64,000 bases of DNA from an uncultured bacterium (GTDB lineage: Bacteria; Desulfobacterota_D; UBA1144; Nemesobacterales; UBA2774): positions 1,025,008 through 1,089,007 of the forward strand of contig CAWGRW010000009.1 in assembly GCA_963825135.1 (NCBI GenBank). The letters run 5' to 3'. This document shows positions 28,844-38,846 of the stretch, in pieces (positions within the stretch are counted from its first letter, which is position 1; the number at the start of each line of letters is the position of its first letter). Both the position numbers and the translations under genes were made by a program. The notes below the pieces were generated by a model. It worked only from the letters and a program-made list of their open reading frames with translations, had not been told where the DNA came from and did not search any database.

Positions 28844-30346
28844 ATGTACGGAAGATTCGTTGGGCTTGATTTAGGCAGGAAGGACGTAAGGATATCCTTA
28901 ATTAAAAGAGGGTTCAGAGATGTACAGCTTCTACAGACGATAAGAACCAAGCCCCCGGAATTCATCCGGAACTCCCCTGATTCTTTAAATAACGTATTCA
29001 GGGAATACTCTCTGCCGAAAGGCGATATCGCGGTTTCCATATCAGACGACCCTATTTCACTGAGGGTAATTAAATTCCCGTTCTCCGATCCGAAAAAGAT
29101 CGACCAGGTTTATGGATATGAGCTCGAAAGCATATCCACGTTCGATCCCCAGGATAAGAGCCACGCCTACCATCTGGTGAAAAGCGAGGTCGGGAGCGAG
29201 GCGCTCGTATGTGTTTTTGAAAAAGAGGAAATAGGTTCCGCCCTCGGCTATTTCAACCGGGCCGGTATTGATCCCAAGGTCTTGACGTATACCCCTCTGG
29301 CGTTCGGGGCGCTGAATGAGGTTATCGAAGGCGCCAGGCCCCTTATGCTCGTGGATTTAGGGGAAGAGGACTTGAGCTTCGCGCTGTTCGATGAAGACGG
29401 AATAAAGCGCATCAGGTCATCTACAAAACCCATTCAGTCTTTTGTTGAAAATTTGTGCGGGTACAAAGGGGTCTCTGTCGACGATTTCGGGTTTTCCAGG
29501 GACGAGCTTGCGGCTGAGGGGAGCGAGCATTTGAAGAGCTGTCTTGCGCCGGTGATAAGCGAAATCAAGAAGACGCTCCATTTTTTCGAAGCGGAGCTCA
29601 AAGAAAAGATAAATATGATACTGATATCCGGTGTGGTTTCCCAGGCGCCCGGCATAACCGAACTTTTCAAAAAGGAATTCAGCAGGGACGTAAAAAAACT
29701 GTTTATCCCCGACCTCGGCGTGGATAATTCTCCTCTATACGCGAGGTCATATGCCCTGGCCCTTTACGGAAGCGCATTTAAGAGCGGGTACCTGAATTAC
29801 AGGAAGGAGGAGTTTAAGTACGCGGGTTCCGACAGTGAACTGAGAAAGGTTTTCATGACCCCCGCAATTCTCTTTGCGCTCCTGCTAATACTTCTCATTT
29901 ATAACATTGCGTCGAGGTATTTTGAGCTGAAAGAGGAAGTCAAAAGCCTTAACGGACAGATCGCCCAGGTTGCGAGGGACACTTTCCCCGATGTAAAGGT
30001 AATTCCCAAACCGGTCGAGCTCCTTGAATCCGAAGTCGCGAAGCTAAAGGGAGAGATCAATACGATTCAGGGTGTAGAGGGCGTGAGCACGCCGCTTGAA
30101 GTGCTGAAGGAGATATCCGGGGCATTACCCGCAAGCATGAAATTGATCGTTAACGATATTAAATTCGAAAGCGGTAATAAACTGAAAATTCAGGGAGTGT
30201 GTGATTCATACCAGGAAGTTACGGAAATCGAGGACGCCCTGTCCAAGTCCGCAATTTTTGAGTCGGTAACGAGGGACCAGACAGGAAACACGTTTGACGG
30301 CAAAACTAAATTTGAGATATCCCTGGTATTGAAATCGGAAGCGTGA
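28844..30346 (+). CDS. GspL-like / fused PilM-PilN-like inner-membrane assembly protein (cytoplasmic actin-like domain, one TM, periplasmic domain)
   Basis: 500 aa. N-terminal PilM/FtsA-like GLDLG start, a single TM (PAILFALLLILLIYNIA) at ~aa 335, and a coiled-coil periplasmic C-terminus. Confidence 0.55.
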   Translation: MYGRFVGLDLGRKDVRISLIKRGFRDVQLLQTIRTKPPEFIRNSPDSLNNVFREYSLPKGDIAVSISDDPISLRVIKFPFSDPKKIDQVYGYELESISTFDPQDKSHAYHLVKSEVGSEALVCVFEKEEIGSALGYFNRAGIDPKVLTYTPLAFGALNEVIEGARPLMLVDLGEEDLSFALFDEDGIKRIRSSTKPIQSFVENLCGYKGVSVDDFGFSRDELAAEGSEHLKSCLAPVISEIKKTLHFFEAELKEKINMILISGVVSQAPGITELFKKEFSRDVKKLFIPDLGVDNSPLYARSYALALYGSAFKSGYLNYRKEEFKYAGSDSELRKVFMTPAILFALLLILLIYNIASRYFELKEEVKSLNGQIAQVARDTFPDVKVIPKPVELLESEVAKLKGEINTIQGVEGVSTPLEVLKEISGALPASMKLIVNDIKFESGNKLKIQGVCDSYQEVTEIEDALSKSAIFESVTRDQTGNTFDGKTKFEISLVLKSEA

Positions 30347-30347
30347 G

Positions 30348-30947
30348 ATGGATGTGAATTCTTCTATAGGACGCATAAAGAAAATACTAAACGACCTGCG
30401 TGATAGGTTCTCGCGGCTGTCTTCGTCGGAAAGGGATAAAAGGGCGATAAGAATAGGCGGAGCGGGCTTATGCCTCTTGATTGTTTATATAATTTTCCAT
30501 ACATTCTCATCCGGGACCCAGCGTCTCGATAAGCAGGTTAAACAGTTGGAGAAGGAGCTCGACAGGGTCGTGAGTCTGAGGAGGGAATACGAAGATTCCA
30601 AAAAAAGGCTAACCGAGCTCTCGAACAAGATTAAAAAAGAAAAAGAGCCCCTGATTTCGGTCGTTGAGCAGATACTGCTTGACGAAAATATAGACAGGAA
30701 GAATTTTTCAATAAAAGATGTAAATTTAAGAGAGTCCGAGTCCAAGGATTTTTATGAGGAGAAAGGCATCGATGTAGAGCTTAAGGACCTGTCGCTCAAA
30801 GACCTTGTCGACATATTATATAAGATTCAGAATGCGCCCGCATTTTTAAAGGTATCGAATTTGAATATCAGCACAAAATCCAGCAAATCCGATTCAATGA
30901 CCGTTAAGCTACGCGTGTCGACCTTCGAATTCAAGGAGTTAGGCTGA
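30348..30947 (+). CDS. GspM/PilO-like bitopic membrane protein
   Basis: 199 aa. Short cytoplasmic N-terminus, one TM (IGGAGLCLLIVYIIFHTF), a coiled coil, and a C-terminal alpha/beta domain. It is translationally coupled to its neighbours. Confidence 0.5.
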   Translation: MDVNSSIGRIKKILNDLRDRFSRLSSSERDKRAIRIGGAGLCLLIVYIIFHTFSSGTQRLDKQVKQLEKELDRVVSLRREYEDSKKRLTELSNKIKKEKEPLISVVEQILLDENIDRKNFSIKDVNLRESESKDFYEEKGIDVELKDLSLKDLVDILYKIQNAPAFLKVSNLNISTKSSKSDSMTVKLRVSTFEFKELG

Positions 30948-30948
30948 C

Positions 30949-31845
30949 ATGAAAGAAAGGTTATTGGGGTATAAACATATAAAGCCTGTAGCGTATATAG
31001 TATTTTTCGTTGCGGTGTTCAGCGCCTCTCTGATCATTACTTTTCCGGCTGAACTGATAAAAAAACGCATTATTTCCGAGATCGAAAGCAACACCGCGTA
31101 TAAAGTCGACATAGAAGATGCCGGGATATCTCTTCTTCTAAGCGTCAACCTTAACGGTGTTAAGCTCTATAAATCGAAGGACCGGTTCCTCTCTATCGAT
31201 AGTTTAAGCATAAGGCCTTCGCTGCTGTCATTAATGTCGGACAGCGTCGAATTCCCGTTCAGAGCCAAGCTCCTGAATGGCGAAGTCGACGGCAGCGTTA
31301 GTTTTACTAAAGCGGGATCGCGGACAAAGGAGATAGAGGCAACAATCAAACACCTCACGATTGATTCGCTCCCCGCATTCCTGTTGTCTGAGGGCGGAGA
31401 GTTATTCTCCTTAGGGGGTGTTGTGGACGGCAGTATGCATGTTCAGCTCGAACCCAGGGCCAACGGGGAATTCGAGTTCGAGATCGACCGGCTTAGCATG
31501 AAGGACATAAAAGTTAAGGGCTTCAGTCTCCCCAGCTTTACCGACCTCAAGTCCGTGGTAAAAGGAAACATAGACGGGAGCAAGACCAACATACTCGCGT
31601 TCAATGTGACGGGCAAAGACATAGATCTGGAGATAACGGGCACGACCCCTCTCGTCTGGGAAATCTCCAAAGGCGGAGTTATAGATATTGGTTACCGCCT
31701 GCAGATTAAAGGAGACCAAATGGCAAAGTACAAAGGACTATTGACCCCTTACCTGGCTACGCAGAGGGACGGGAGCCTCGGGGGGAAAATTCTGGGCACA
31801 ATGAAGAACCCGAGGTTCGAAAAAGACTCGACAACGAGGTTCTAA
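30949..31845 (+). CDS. GspN-like bitopic membrane protein
   Basis: 298 aa with an N-terminal TM and a periplasmic domain. Position (third after the L-like and M-like genes) and size match T2SS GspN. Confidence 0.4.
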   Translation: MKERLLGYKHIKPVAYIVFFVAVFSASLIITFPAELIKKRIISEIESNTAYKVDIEDAGISLLLSVNLNGVKLYKSKDRFLSIDSLSIRPSLLSLMSDSVEFPFRAKLLNGEVDGSVSFTKAGSRTKEIEATIKHLTIDSLPAFLLSEGGELFSLGGVVDGSMHVQLEPRANGEFEFEIDRLSMKDIKVKGFSLPSFTDLKSVVKGNIDGSKTNILAFNVTGKDIDLEITGTTPLVWEISKGGVIDIGYRLQIKGDQMAKYKGLLTPYLATQRDGSLGGKILGTMKNPRFEKDSTTRF

Positions 31846-31891
31846 TCCGTAATTCGGTTTCATAAGTAAATCAGCCCGTTAGTGAACAATC

Positions 31892-32158
31892 ATGGACGAA
31901 AGGGGCTTTGAGCAAAATTTACGCGGAGAGGGGTTTTCAGGCATATTTGTCCATAGAGACCGTCCTCATGCCCGCTACCCCGACCATACACATGCCGGGA
32001 TAACTGCACACATAGTGCTCGAAGGTCAAATAACCGTGACCTCTGAGGGGCAAACCGCGACCTACGGCGCGGGAGAGAGATTCGATATTCGGGCAGGGTC
32101 GGTTCATTCGGCGATTGCGGGACCCGAGGGCTGTCTGTATATGATTGGGGAAAAATAA
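31892..32158 (+). CDS. Cupin domain protein
   Basis: 88 aa. HxH...E...H cupin metal-site pattern (HTHAGITAHIV ... SVHSA). Confidence 0.5.
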   Translation: MDERGFEQNLRGEGFSGIFVHRDRPHARYPDHTHAGITAHIVLEGQITVTSEGQTATYGAGERFDIRAGSVHSAIAGPEGCLYMIGEK

Positions 32159-32242
32159 GTCCCGTTCCGTTGTTTTCCGGTAAGGATTGTTATCGTATCA
32201 TCCCCACGCGCGCCGTAATTTCTAATAATTGCTTCAGATTAT

Positions 32243-32271
32243 TTGACATAATTTTCCCCTGTTGCTATCAT
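32243..32271 (+). promoter_or_regulatory. Sigma70-like promoter upstream of pheA (TTGACA, 17 nt spacer, TATCAT)
   Basis: ttgacataattttcccctgttgctatcat. Confidence 0.45.
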
Positions 32272-32296
32272 TGTCCTTGGTTCACCTAGAACAATA

Positions 32297-33385
32297 ATGA
32301 TGGGCTCCTCTGATAACCTCGACAAACTCAGAAAAAAAATAGACGAAATCGACCGCGAGGTACTAGTTTTGCTGAACAGACGCGGCGATATAGTCCTCAG
32401 GATCGGAGAACTGAAAACCGAGAATAACGTCGGAGTATACGACCCCGTAAGGGAAAGTCAGATCGAAAAAAGGCTCAGGGAAATGAACCCCGGCCCGTTG
32501 TCTGACGATTCCGTTTTGAGGGTCTACCGTGAAATTATCTCCGCCTGCCGCGCCCTTCAGCATCCGCTTAAAGTAGCGTTCCTCGGCCCCGAAGGGAGCT
32601 TCTCGCACCAGGCCGCTTTTCACGAGTTCGGCGGTTCCGCCGAGCTTTTACCGGTAGCGAGCTTCGGAGATGTATTTGAGGAGGTCGAGAACGGAAGAGC
32701 GTCCTACGGAGTCGTACCGGTCGAGAACTCCATCGAAGGATCGATAGGGATCGTGCTCGACCTGCTTTCCCGCTCGAACCTCTCAATATCAGCCGAGCTT
32801 TTCGAGAAGATCAATCTTTACCTGCTCTCTAAGGCCGGATCGCTCAAGGATATCAAGGTTATAGCTTCCCATCCGCAGCCCCTTGCCCAGTGTAAAAAGT
32901 GGCTGAGCAAAAACCTCCCGAACAGGAAAATCCGTGAGACCTCGAGCACGGCCGAAGCAGCTAGGCTCGCATCCCGGAACAAGGGGCTGGCGGCTGTAGC
33001 CAGTGAGCATTCTGCATCGATATACAAACTCAAGATTCTCAAGAAGAATATCGAAGATAATAACCGGAATACGACCAGATTTTTTGTGATAGGCAGCCGC
33101 ACGAGCGCCCCCTCCGGAGACGACAGGACGTCGATCGTTTTCTCCCTCAGGGATAAACCCGGGGAGCTCCAGAAATCCTTTTTTCAGCCGTTCGCCGAAG
33201 CAGGCGTGAATCTAACCAAAATTGAATCGAGGCCGTCCAAGGAAAGGCCCTGGGAATATCTGTTTTTTGTGGATTTCAAGGGACACGGGGAAGATAAGGC
33301 GGTTAAGAGTCTCATCGAAAGAGTGGCTAAAAATTGCATCTACCTAAAGGTGCTCGGGTCCTATCCCATCGGCAGGAGCGCCTGA
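32297..33385 (+). CDS. pheA: Bifunctional chorismate mutase / prephenate dehydratase (P-protein)
   Basis: 362 aa. N-terminal CM domain (LRKKIDEIDREVLVLLNRR), a PDT domain, and a C-terminal ACT domain (ESRPSKERPWEYLFFVD). Confidence 0.85.
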   Translation: MMGSSDNLDKLRKKIDEIDREVLVLLNRRGDIVLRIGELKTENNVGVYDPVRESQIEKRLREMNPGPLSDDSVLRVYREIISACRALQHPLKVAFLGPEGSFSHQAAFHEFGGSAELLPVASFGDVFEEVENGRASYGVVPVENSIEGSIGIVLDLLSRSNLSISAELFEKINLYLLSKAGSLKDIKVIASHPQPLAQCKKWLSKNLPNRKIRETSSTAEAARLASRNKGLAAVASEHSASIYKLKILKKNIEDNNRNTTRFFVIGSRTSAPSGDDRTSIVFSLRDKPGELQKSFFQPFAEAGVNLTKIESRPSKERPWEYLFFVDFKGHGEDKAVKSLIERVAKNCIYLKVLGSYPIGRSA

Positions 33386-33463
33386 TTCCTTCCCCGGGAG
33401 TTCTGTCAGGAAAACCGGTTCTATTCGTGTTAGCATTTACCCGCCCCATCCGTGGGCCGTACT

Positions 33464-35233
33464 CTACGCAGGGAGTGTGACGCTGAACTTGCTCCCCTTC
33501 CCTTCTTCACTCTGAACCTCGATCCTGCCCCCGTGCATTATAACTATGTGTTTGACGATGCTAAGCCCCAGCCCTGTGCCCCCGAGGTTCCTGGAACGGG
33601 TTTTATCGACCCTGTAAAACCGCTCGAATATCCTGGGGAGATGCTCTTTCGGTATGCCTATGCCGGTATCGCTTATCTCGGTCAGTATCTGCGAGTCCGG
33701 ACTTGAAACCCTGATGACGACTTCGCCTTTTTCGGGCGTATACTTCACGGCGTTGTCAATTAGGTTAATGAACATCTGCTCGAGGAGGAATCTGTTTGCT
33801 TTGACTTTGCAAGCCTCCTGCTCGGATTCGAATGATACATCGATTCCCTTTTCCGCCGCCTTTGACCTGAGCGCGTCGATGGAGGATTTGATTAATTCGT
33901 TGACGTTAATTTCCTCAAGGTCATTCGTGTTGTTTTCCTTCGATAAGGAGTCCCGGCTTTCGACCTCCGATAATACAAGCAGGTCCGATACGATATTTAT
34001 GAGCCTGTCGGTGTGGCGTTTGATAATCCTTAAAAAGTGTTTTTGGTCCTCGGGGCTCTCATATGCTTCTTCCTCGAGAGTCTCCGTATATCCCTTTATT
34101 GCGGTCAGCGGGGTTCTAAGTTCATGAGACACGTTCGCAATGAAATCTGCCTTTATCTTCTCGAGCCTCTTGAAATCGGTTATGTCGAACAATACTACTA
34201 TGAGTTCTTTATCCGGAGAATCGAGCGGGATAACATTCACAAAGTAGTGCTTTTCGTCGGGATAGAGATAGAAAATCTCTCTCGAGTCGGACATCCGGTT
34301 CTCAAGCACGCTCTCCACTAATTTTGTAAGCTCCCTGTTCCGCAATATTTCCCAGTAGGGTTTGCGCGCGGTGTCCTCTTTCAGGTTGAACATCTTTTTT
34401 AGCGCGCTGTTTATAATGAGGACCCTGCCGTCCCGGGAAACGACCATTACCCCTTCACTCATGGCGCCGAGCACCGCTTCAAGCTGGTTCTTTTCCTTGG
34501 ACAGCTGCTTGAACAGTTCGTTTAGCTTTTGAGCCATTCGACTGAGCGCCAGCGAGATTTTGGAAATTTCGGTCTTGCTGTTCATGATGGGCATGGTTAC
34601 GTCGAGGTTCCCTTTCGCAAGTTCCTCCGAAACGTTGATGATTCCCCTGAATGACATCGATATTGTTTTAGATAATGCGAACGAGAGCAGCAATGCTATT
34701 ACCGTAAGTATCCCTCCCAAATAAAGAACCTTCATTTCTATCGGGTGGATCATGTTCTGCATAAAACTGAGAGGGAGGGACGTTCGTATCACCGCCGTTA
34801 TTTGCCCTCCGTCGCTCTTGTAGGGGACGGCTACGTAGAGCATCTCCCGCTTGAGGGTATTGCTGTAGCGGCTGCTTTCTCCCAAGTCGTTTGCTATGGC
34901 TTCCCTTATCTCCGGCCTATCGGAATGGTTTTCCATTTCCGCGGGATTTCTGGTCGAATCACCCAGGACGCTGCCGTCTTTGGCGATTACCGTGATTCTG
35001 ATGCCGGTTTTCTCGCCGAGCTCCGATACCCGTTTCTGGATCTCCGCTTGCCCGCCGGTGTCCAGCGGACGTTCCAGGGCCTCGGTGACGAGATTGGCCG
35101 ACTTTAGGAGCATCTCTCTGGTCTGAGATTTTTCGTAATCTTGCAGTTCGCCGATAACGAGGAATGTGAACAGGAATAATACGAGGAAAATTATCAGTAA
35201 ACTGGAAATGAACTGTTTCCAAAATATGCTCAA
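33464..35233 (-). CDS. Sensor histidine kinase (periplasmic sensor, HAMP, PAS, HisKA, HATPase; PhoR-like)
   Basis: 589 aa. Two TM helices, H-box SHELRTPL, and N/G-boxes (DTGIGIP, GGTGLGLSI). Confidence 0.85.
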   Translation of the reverse strand: MSIFWKQFISSLLIIFLVLFLFTFLVIGELQDYEKSQTREMLLKSANLVTEALERPLDTGGQAEIQKRVSELGEKTGIRITVIAKDGSVLGDSTRNPAEMENHSDRPEIREAIANDLGESSRYSNTLKREMLYVAVPYKSDGGQITAVIRTSLPLSFMQNMIHPIEMKVLYLGGILTVIALLLSFALSKTISMSFRGIINVSEELAKGNLDVTMPIMNSKTEISKISLALSRMAQKLNELFKQLSKEKNQLEAVLGAMSEGVMVVSRDGRVLIINSALKKMFNLKEDTARKPYWEILRNRELTKLVESVLENRMSDSREIFYLYPDEKHYFVNVIPLDSPDKELIVVLFDITDFKRLEKIKADFIANVSHELRTPLTAIKGYTETLEEEAYESPEDQKHFLRIIKRHTDRLINIVSDLLVLSEVESRDSLSKENNTNDLEEINVNELIKSSIDALRSKAAEKGIDVSFESEQEACKVKANRFLLEQMFINLIDNAVKYTPEKGEVVIRVSSPDSQILTEISDTGIGIPKEHLPRIFERFYRVDKTRSRNLGGTGLGLSIVKHIVIMHGGRIEVQSEEGKGSKFSVTLPA

Positions 35234-35240
35234 CCGTAAC

Positions 35241-35948
35241 CTACTCTTCTAACTTATAGCCTATGCTTCTGACTGTCTTAATCATATTACCCGCCGCCCC
35301 CAGCTTTTCCCTGAGGTTTTTAATATGTACGTCGATAGTCCTGTCGTAAACGAGCTTATCGTCGCCCCAGAGCCTTTTCTTTTTTAAAAGCTGGTCCCTT
35401 GTAAACACCCTGCCCTTGCCGTCGGCCAGCACCTCCAGAATTTTAAACTCCGTTGTTGTCAGGAGCACCTTTTCATTATCCACCGAGACCTCATACTTTT
35501 CCGTGTTTATTGTAAGAGGTCCGATCTTGAGAATCAAATTGTCCGCTTCCTTGGCGCTCGTCCTTCTCAAAACAGTCTTTACCCTGGCTACAAGCTCCCG
35601 GGGGCTGAACGGTTTTACGATGTAATCATCGGCGCCCAGCTCAAGTCCCACGACCACGTCCGCTTCGGATGCCTTGGCTGTCAGCATTATGATAGGCACG
35701 AATGCGGTTGTCGTCTTGTTTTTCAGTATTCTGCAAATCTCCAGACCGTCTATTCCCGGCAGCATGATGTCTAGCACGGCGAGGTCTGGAACCACGGCCT
35801 CTATGTACGAAAGAAAATCCCTTCCGTTGTGGAATTCCTTTACCCTGAACCCCTCTCTCTTCAGGTGGTGGCTGACGAGCTTCACTATGTCTTCTTCGTC
35901 GTCCACAATCGTTATTATTTTTTCAGTCATATTATCTAACTTATTCAA
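35241..35948 (-). CDS. OmpR/PhoB family response regulator
   Basis: 235 aa. The receiver domain has the phospho-acceptor Asp (VLDIMLPGIDG). The C-terminus is a winged-helix Trans_reg_C domain. Confidence 0.85.
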   Translation of the reverse strand: MNKLDNMTEKIITIVDDEEDIVKLVSHHLKREGFRVKEFHNGRDFLSYIEAVVPDLAVLDIMLPGIDGLEICRILKNKTTTAFVPIIMLTAKASEADVVVGLELGADDYIVKPFSPRELVARVKTVLRRTSAKEADNLILKIGPLTINTEKYEVSVDNEKVLLTTTEFKILEVLADGKGRVFTRDQLLKKKRLWGDDKLVYDRTIDVHIKNLREKLGAAGNMIKTVRSIGYKLEE

Positions 35949-36025
35949 AGTATACAGTAAACTTTACCTTTAGATTAAACGATAAGTCCCCACTTGCAAC
36001 AAGATACGACCCCCTTAACCATATC

Positions 36026-36052
36026 TTAACATTAATTTCACATCAATTTCAC
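36026..36052 (+). promoter_or_regulatory. Three direct hexamer repeats (TTAACA, TTTCAC, TTTCAC) at 10-11 bp spacing, Pho-box-like, upstream of the porin gene
   Basis: The sequence is ttaacattaatttcacatcaatttcac, 50-77 bp upstream of 36103. Helical-phase repeats like this are typical of OmpR/PhoB-type binding sites. Confidence 0.35.
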
Positions 36053-36102
36053 GAACTCTCTTTATCTTCTACCCAAATCTATCTTAAGGAGGAGGTCGAG
36101 AG

Positions 36103-37500
36103 ATGAAGACATTACTGAAACTGCTAACCATTGCAGTTTTAGTCCTGCCCCTTTCGGGTATTACCGCGAAAGCGCAGTCGACTAAACAGCAGATACAGGA
36201 ATTAAAACAGCAGATCGAGGCTATTCAGACCCAGAATCAGCAGCAGATACAACAGCTCAAGCAGCAGATCGAGTTGCTGGAAAATGCGAGGCAGGCTGAT
36301 CAGGAGAAGATTGCCGAGGTGGCGACCAAGCAGGCTACAGTGGATGAGGAGGCATGGTATAACAAGTTCTTGGCCAAGTATGATAAAGGTTTTGTGTTTG
36401 AATCGGCCGACGACAAAGGGTTTAAATTCAAGATGAAATTCACCGTTTTAGCCCAGATGCAGGGCTTTGTCAATGATACCGATACGAAGCTTACGCAGAC
36501 CAATTTCCAAGTTCGGAGACTCGAGCTGAAGTGGGACGGGTATGCCTTCGCGCCATGGTTCTACTATACCTTCATGATAGACCCTGCCAGCGGCACCCTT
36601 TTAAAGGATATGTATCTCACGGCCGCGTATCAGAAGGAGATCGGGCCCAGGGTTGGACAGTGGAAAGTGCCTTACAACAGAGAAGAGCTGACTTCTACTG
36701 CGGCGTTGCAGATAATAGAAAGGTCCGTAGTTAACTCTCAGTTCTCTCTTGAGAGGACTAGGGGTGCGGCATTGATGGGCGGCATCGGAGCGAACAGTAA
36801 CTTTTCGTATAGCGCCGGTGTGTTTAATGCTGCGGGGATCGACCAAACGAACCTCGATTCCAATTTGCTCTACGTCGGCAGGATTCAGCTGGGCTTGGCG
36901 GGAGACGACGACTATAAATTTAACTCGAACGGCACCTTTGCCACCGCTAAAGCATATGACATTGTTCCAAACTTCGCCAAGAACCCAACCTTCGTGGTTG
37001 GTTTTGCTGCGGCCGCAATACCTGGACTCAACTGCGACAGGGACGTGCCGAACGGCGGGGTTTGTCCGAGGATCGCGGCGCTGGGATTCCCGACAACGGA
37101 CTTCACGCAGCTTACGGGCGACCTGAGCTTTAAAATGGCCTACTTCAACGTCGAGGCTGAATACGAAGCCAGGTGGCTCTCGCCCGACACAGGTCCTCAG
37201 GATACCGCCTTCGACCAGGGGTTCAGGGTACAGGCAGGCGCATTTTTGATGCCTAAGACCGTTGAGCTCGCCGCGAGATACGCGCTGGTGGACTTCGATA
37301 CGAGCTCCAGCGTTGTTCCGCCGGATACGAGCCTGGCAAGCAGACAGTGGGAGATAACGCCCGAACTTAACTACTATATGTCGCACGACCACAGATGGAA
37401 GCTAATGCTCAGCTATACGTTCCAGCGAAACGAGGCCACGCAGGATGTCCCGGACGTGGATGCGAACATTGTCAGGGCGCAGCTCCAGGCCAATTTTTAA
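36103..37500 (+). CDS. Phosphate-selective porin O/P family outer-membrane protein with an N-terminal coiled coil
   Basis: 465 aa. Signal peptide, a Gln-rich heptad region (QQIQELKQQIEAIQTQNQQQIQQLKQQIELLE), then a beta-barrel with the porin O/P alternating pattern and a terminal Phe. Confidence 0.7.
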   Translation: MKTLLKLLTIAVLVLPLSGITAKAQSTKQQIQELKQQIEAIQTQNQQQIQQLKQQIELLENARQADQEKIAEVATKQATVDEEAWYNKFLAKYDKGFVFESADDKGFKFKMKFTVLAQMQGFVNDTDTKLTQTNFQVRRLELKWDGYAFAPWFYYTFMIDPASGTLLKDMYLTAAYQKEIGPRVGQWKVPYNREELTSTAALQIIERSVVNSQFSLERTRGAALMGGIGANSNFSYSAGVFNAAGIDQTNLDSNLLYVGRIQLGLAGDDDYKFNSNGTFATAKAYDIVPNFAKNPTFVVGFAAAAIPGLNCDRDVPNGGVCPRIAALGFPTTDFTQLTGDLSFKMAYFNVEAEYEARWLSPDTGPQDTAFDQGFRVQAGAFLMPKTVELAARYALVDFDTSSSVVPPDTSLASRQWEITPELNYYMSHDHRWKLMLSYTFQRNEATQDVPDVDANIVRAQLQANF

Positions 37501-37582
37501 TAGACAGGAGTTAAGACCGTATAAGAACAGAAAGATAATTTAAGTCATCTCCCTTTTTCGTTCTGGCTCCAAAACCTCCGAA

Positions 37583-37624
37583 ACCCGGTACATGAGACGG
37601 CCTCATGTGCCGGGTTTCATTTTA
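37583..37624 (+). terminator. Rho-independent terminator after the porin gene
   Basis: Hairpin acccggtacatgag / ctcatgtgccgggt followed by ttcatttta. Confidence 0.6.
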
Positions 37625-37812
37625 TAGAACTTTAGTTCCGAGAACCCCAATTCGAGCCCGGATAAACACCATTAGTAATAGTTGATATGAGTTTTAGAGT
37701 GTAGGAAGTGAGGGATTTACGTCGGACGGCCGTCGTTACAACGGAATACACGGTCAGGCGGGAAAAGGGAACAGTTCCGGATTATGAAGAGGGTCGAACG
37801 GCTATTTCCAAT

Positions 37813-38532
37813 TCAGGACCGAGCCGAAACGAGCATCGAGATGAGCCTGTCTTTTACCATTCCAGGCATTGCGCTTCTTTGAAGGTCCTTGACGGTCTTT
37901 TCGATGTCGTAACCCACCCTTCTTATGGAGGCCTGGCCGTTCTCGATTACCCCGTACGAAGCTCTCGGGTCGTGGTCCCTGGGCTGCCCTACGGAACCCG
38001 GATTCAGGACTGTAACATTCCCCATCTTCTTTACAAACGGTTTATGAGAATGTCCGGTCAGAATAAATTTCCGCTTCTCCCCGTCCCGGCAGCATTGTGG
38101 GAGTCCGGTATCCGGCTCGTCATCGCCCGCCATGTAATAAAAAACACAGGAATAGGGGTCCGATCCGTGCGCAAGCTCGAAATCGATCCCGTCTATGGAG
38201 AAATCCCTGTCGAGCGGCAGTCTCCTCAAAAACCCCACCTCTTCACCGGTCAGGAAGCACTCACCCCATTCATTAGAGATAGAAGAAATCTGCTTTAGCT
38301 CCTCCGAACAGTTGCTGCCGGTGCCGAAGGCGAGTGCGTGGTCATGGTCTCCCCTGACCCCCCAGAAGCGCGCCTTCGAGGACTTGATGAGGAAATTGAC
38401 GCAGTTTTTCGGATCCGGTCCGAAATCTACCACGTCACCGAGAAATACCAGCGCGTCATAGCCCTCCCTGGCAAGGACTGCCTGGAGGGCATGCCAGTTT
38501 GCGTGAATGTCTGAAATTATTAGTATTTTCAT
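37813..38532 (-). CDS. Metallophosphoesterase (calcineurin-like phosphoesterase)
   Basis: 239 aa. Motifs ISDIHAN, LGDVVDFG and GDHDH. Confidence 0.8.
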   Translation of the reverse strand: MKILIISDIHANWHALQAVLAREGYDALVFLGDVVDFGPDPKNCVNFLIKSSKARFWGVRGDHDHALAFGTGSNCSEELKQISSISNEWGECFLTGEEVGFLRRLPLDRDFSIDGIDFELAHGSDPYSCVFYYMAGDDEPDTGLPQCCRDGEKRKFILTGHSHKPFVKKMGNVTVLNPGSVGQPRDHDPRASYGVIENGQASIRRVGYDIEKTVKDLQRSAMPGMVKDRLISMLVSARS

Positions 38533-38846
38533 GTTAACCTTAATATATGGGCAAATTGTTAACCTGGTATCAGTATATTGTTAAGGCGGCGTTTAGATCG
38601 AGTCATTTATGAGGGCATGTTTACTACATTAAAAATGTTGTATAATTAGGGCATGGGATTTAGAGATTTTTACAATTTTTCAAATTGGGACTAGATTTTT
38701 TTACAAATGAGTGTTAGAATGAGTAAATCGGAGGGAGTAGTCAAGAGGGTCACGGCAGAAGACGAAAAAACCTCTTGACAAGAGAGTTTAATTTATATAG
38801 AGTAAGCTCAGAACTTTAAAAACTAAATCAAAGGAGGTAAGGAGAG

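Noticed and set aside
36601-37392. 263-aa minus-strand ORF inside the porin gene
   Set aside because: It is antisense to the phosphate-porin CDS. Its R-rich translation is a typical shadow ORF in GC-rich coding sequence.
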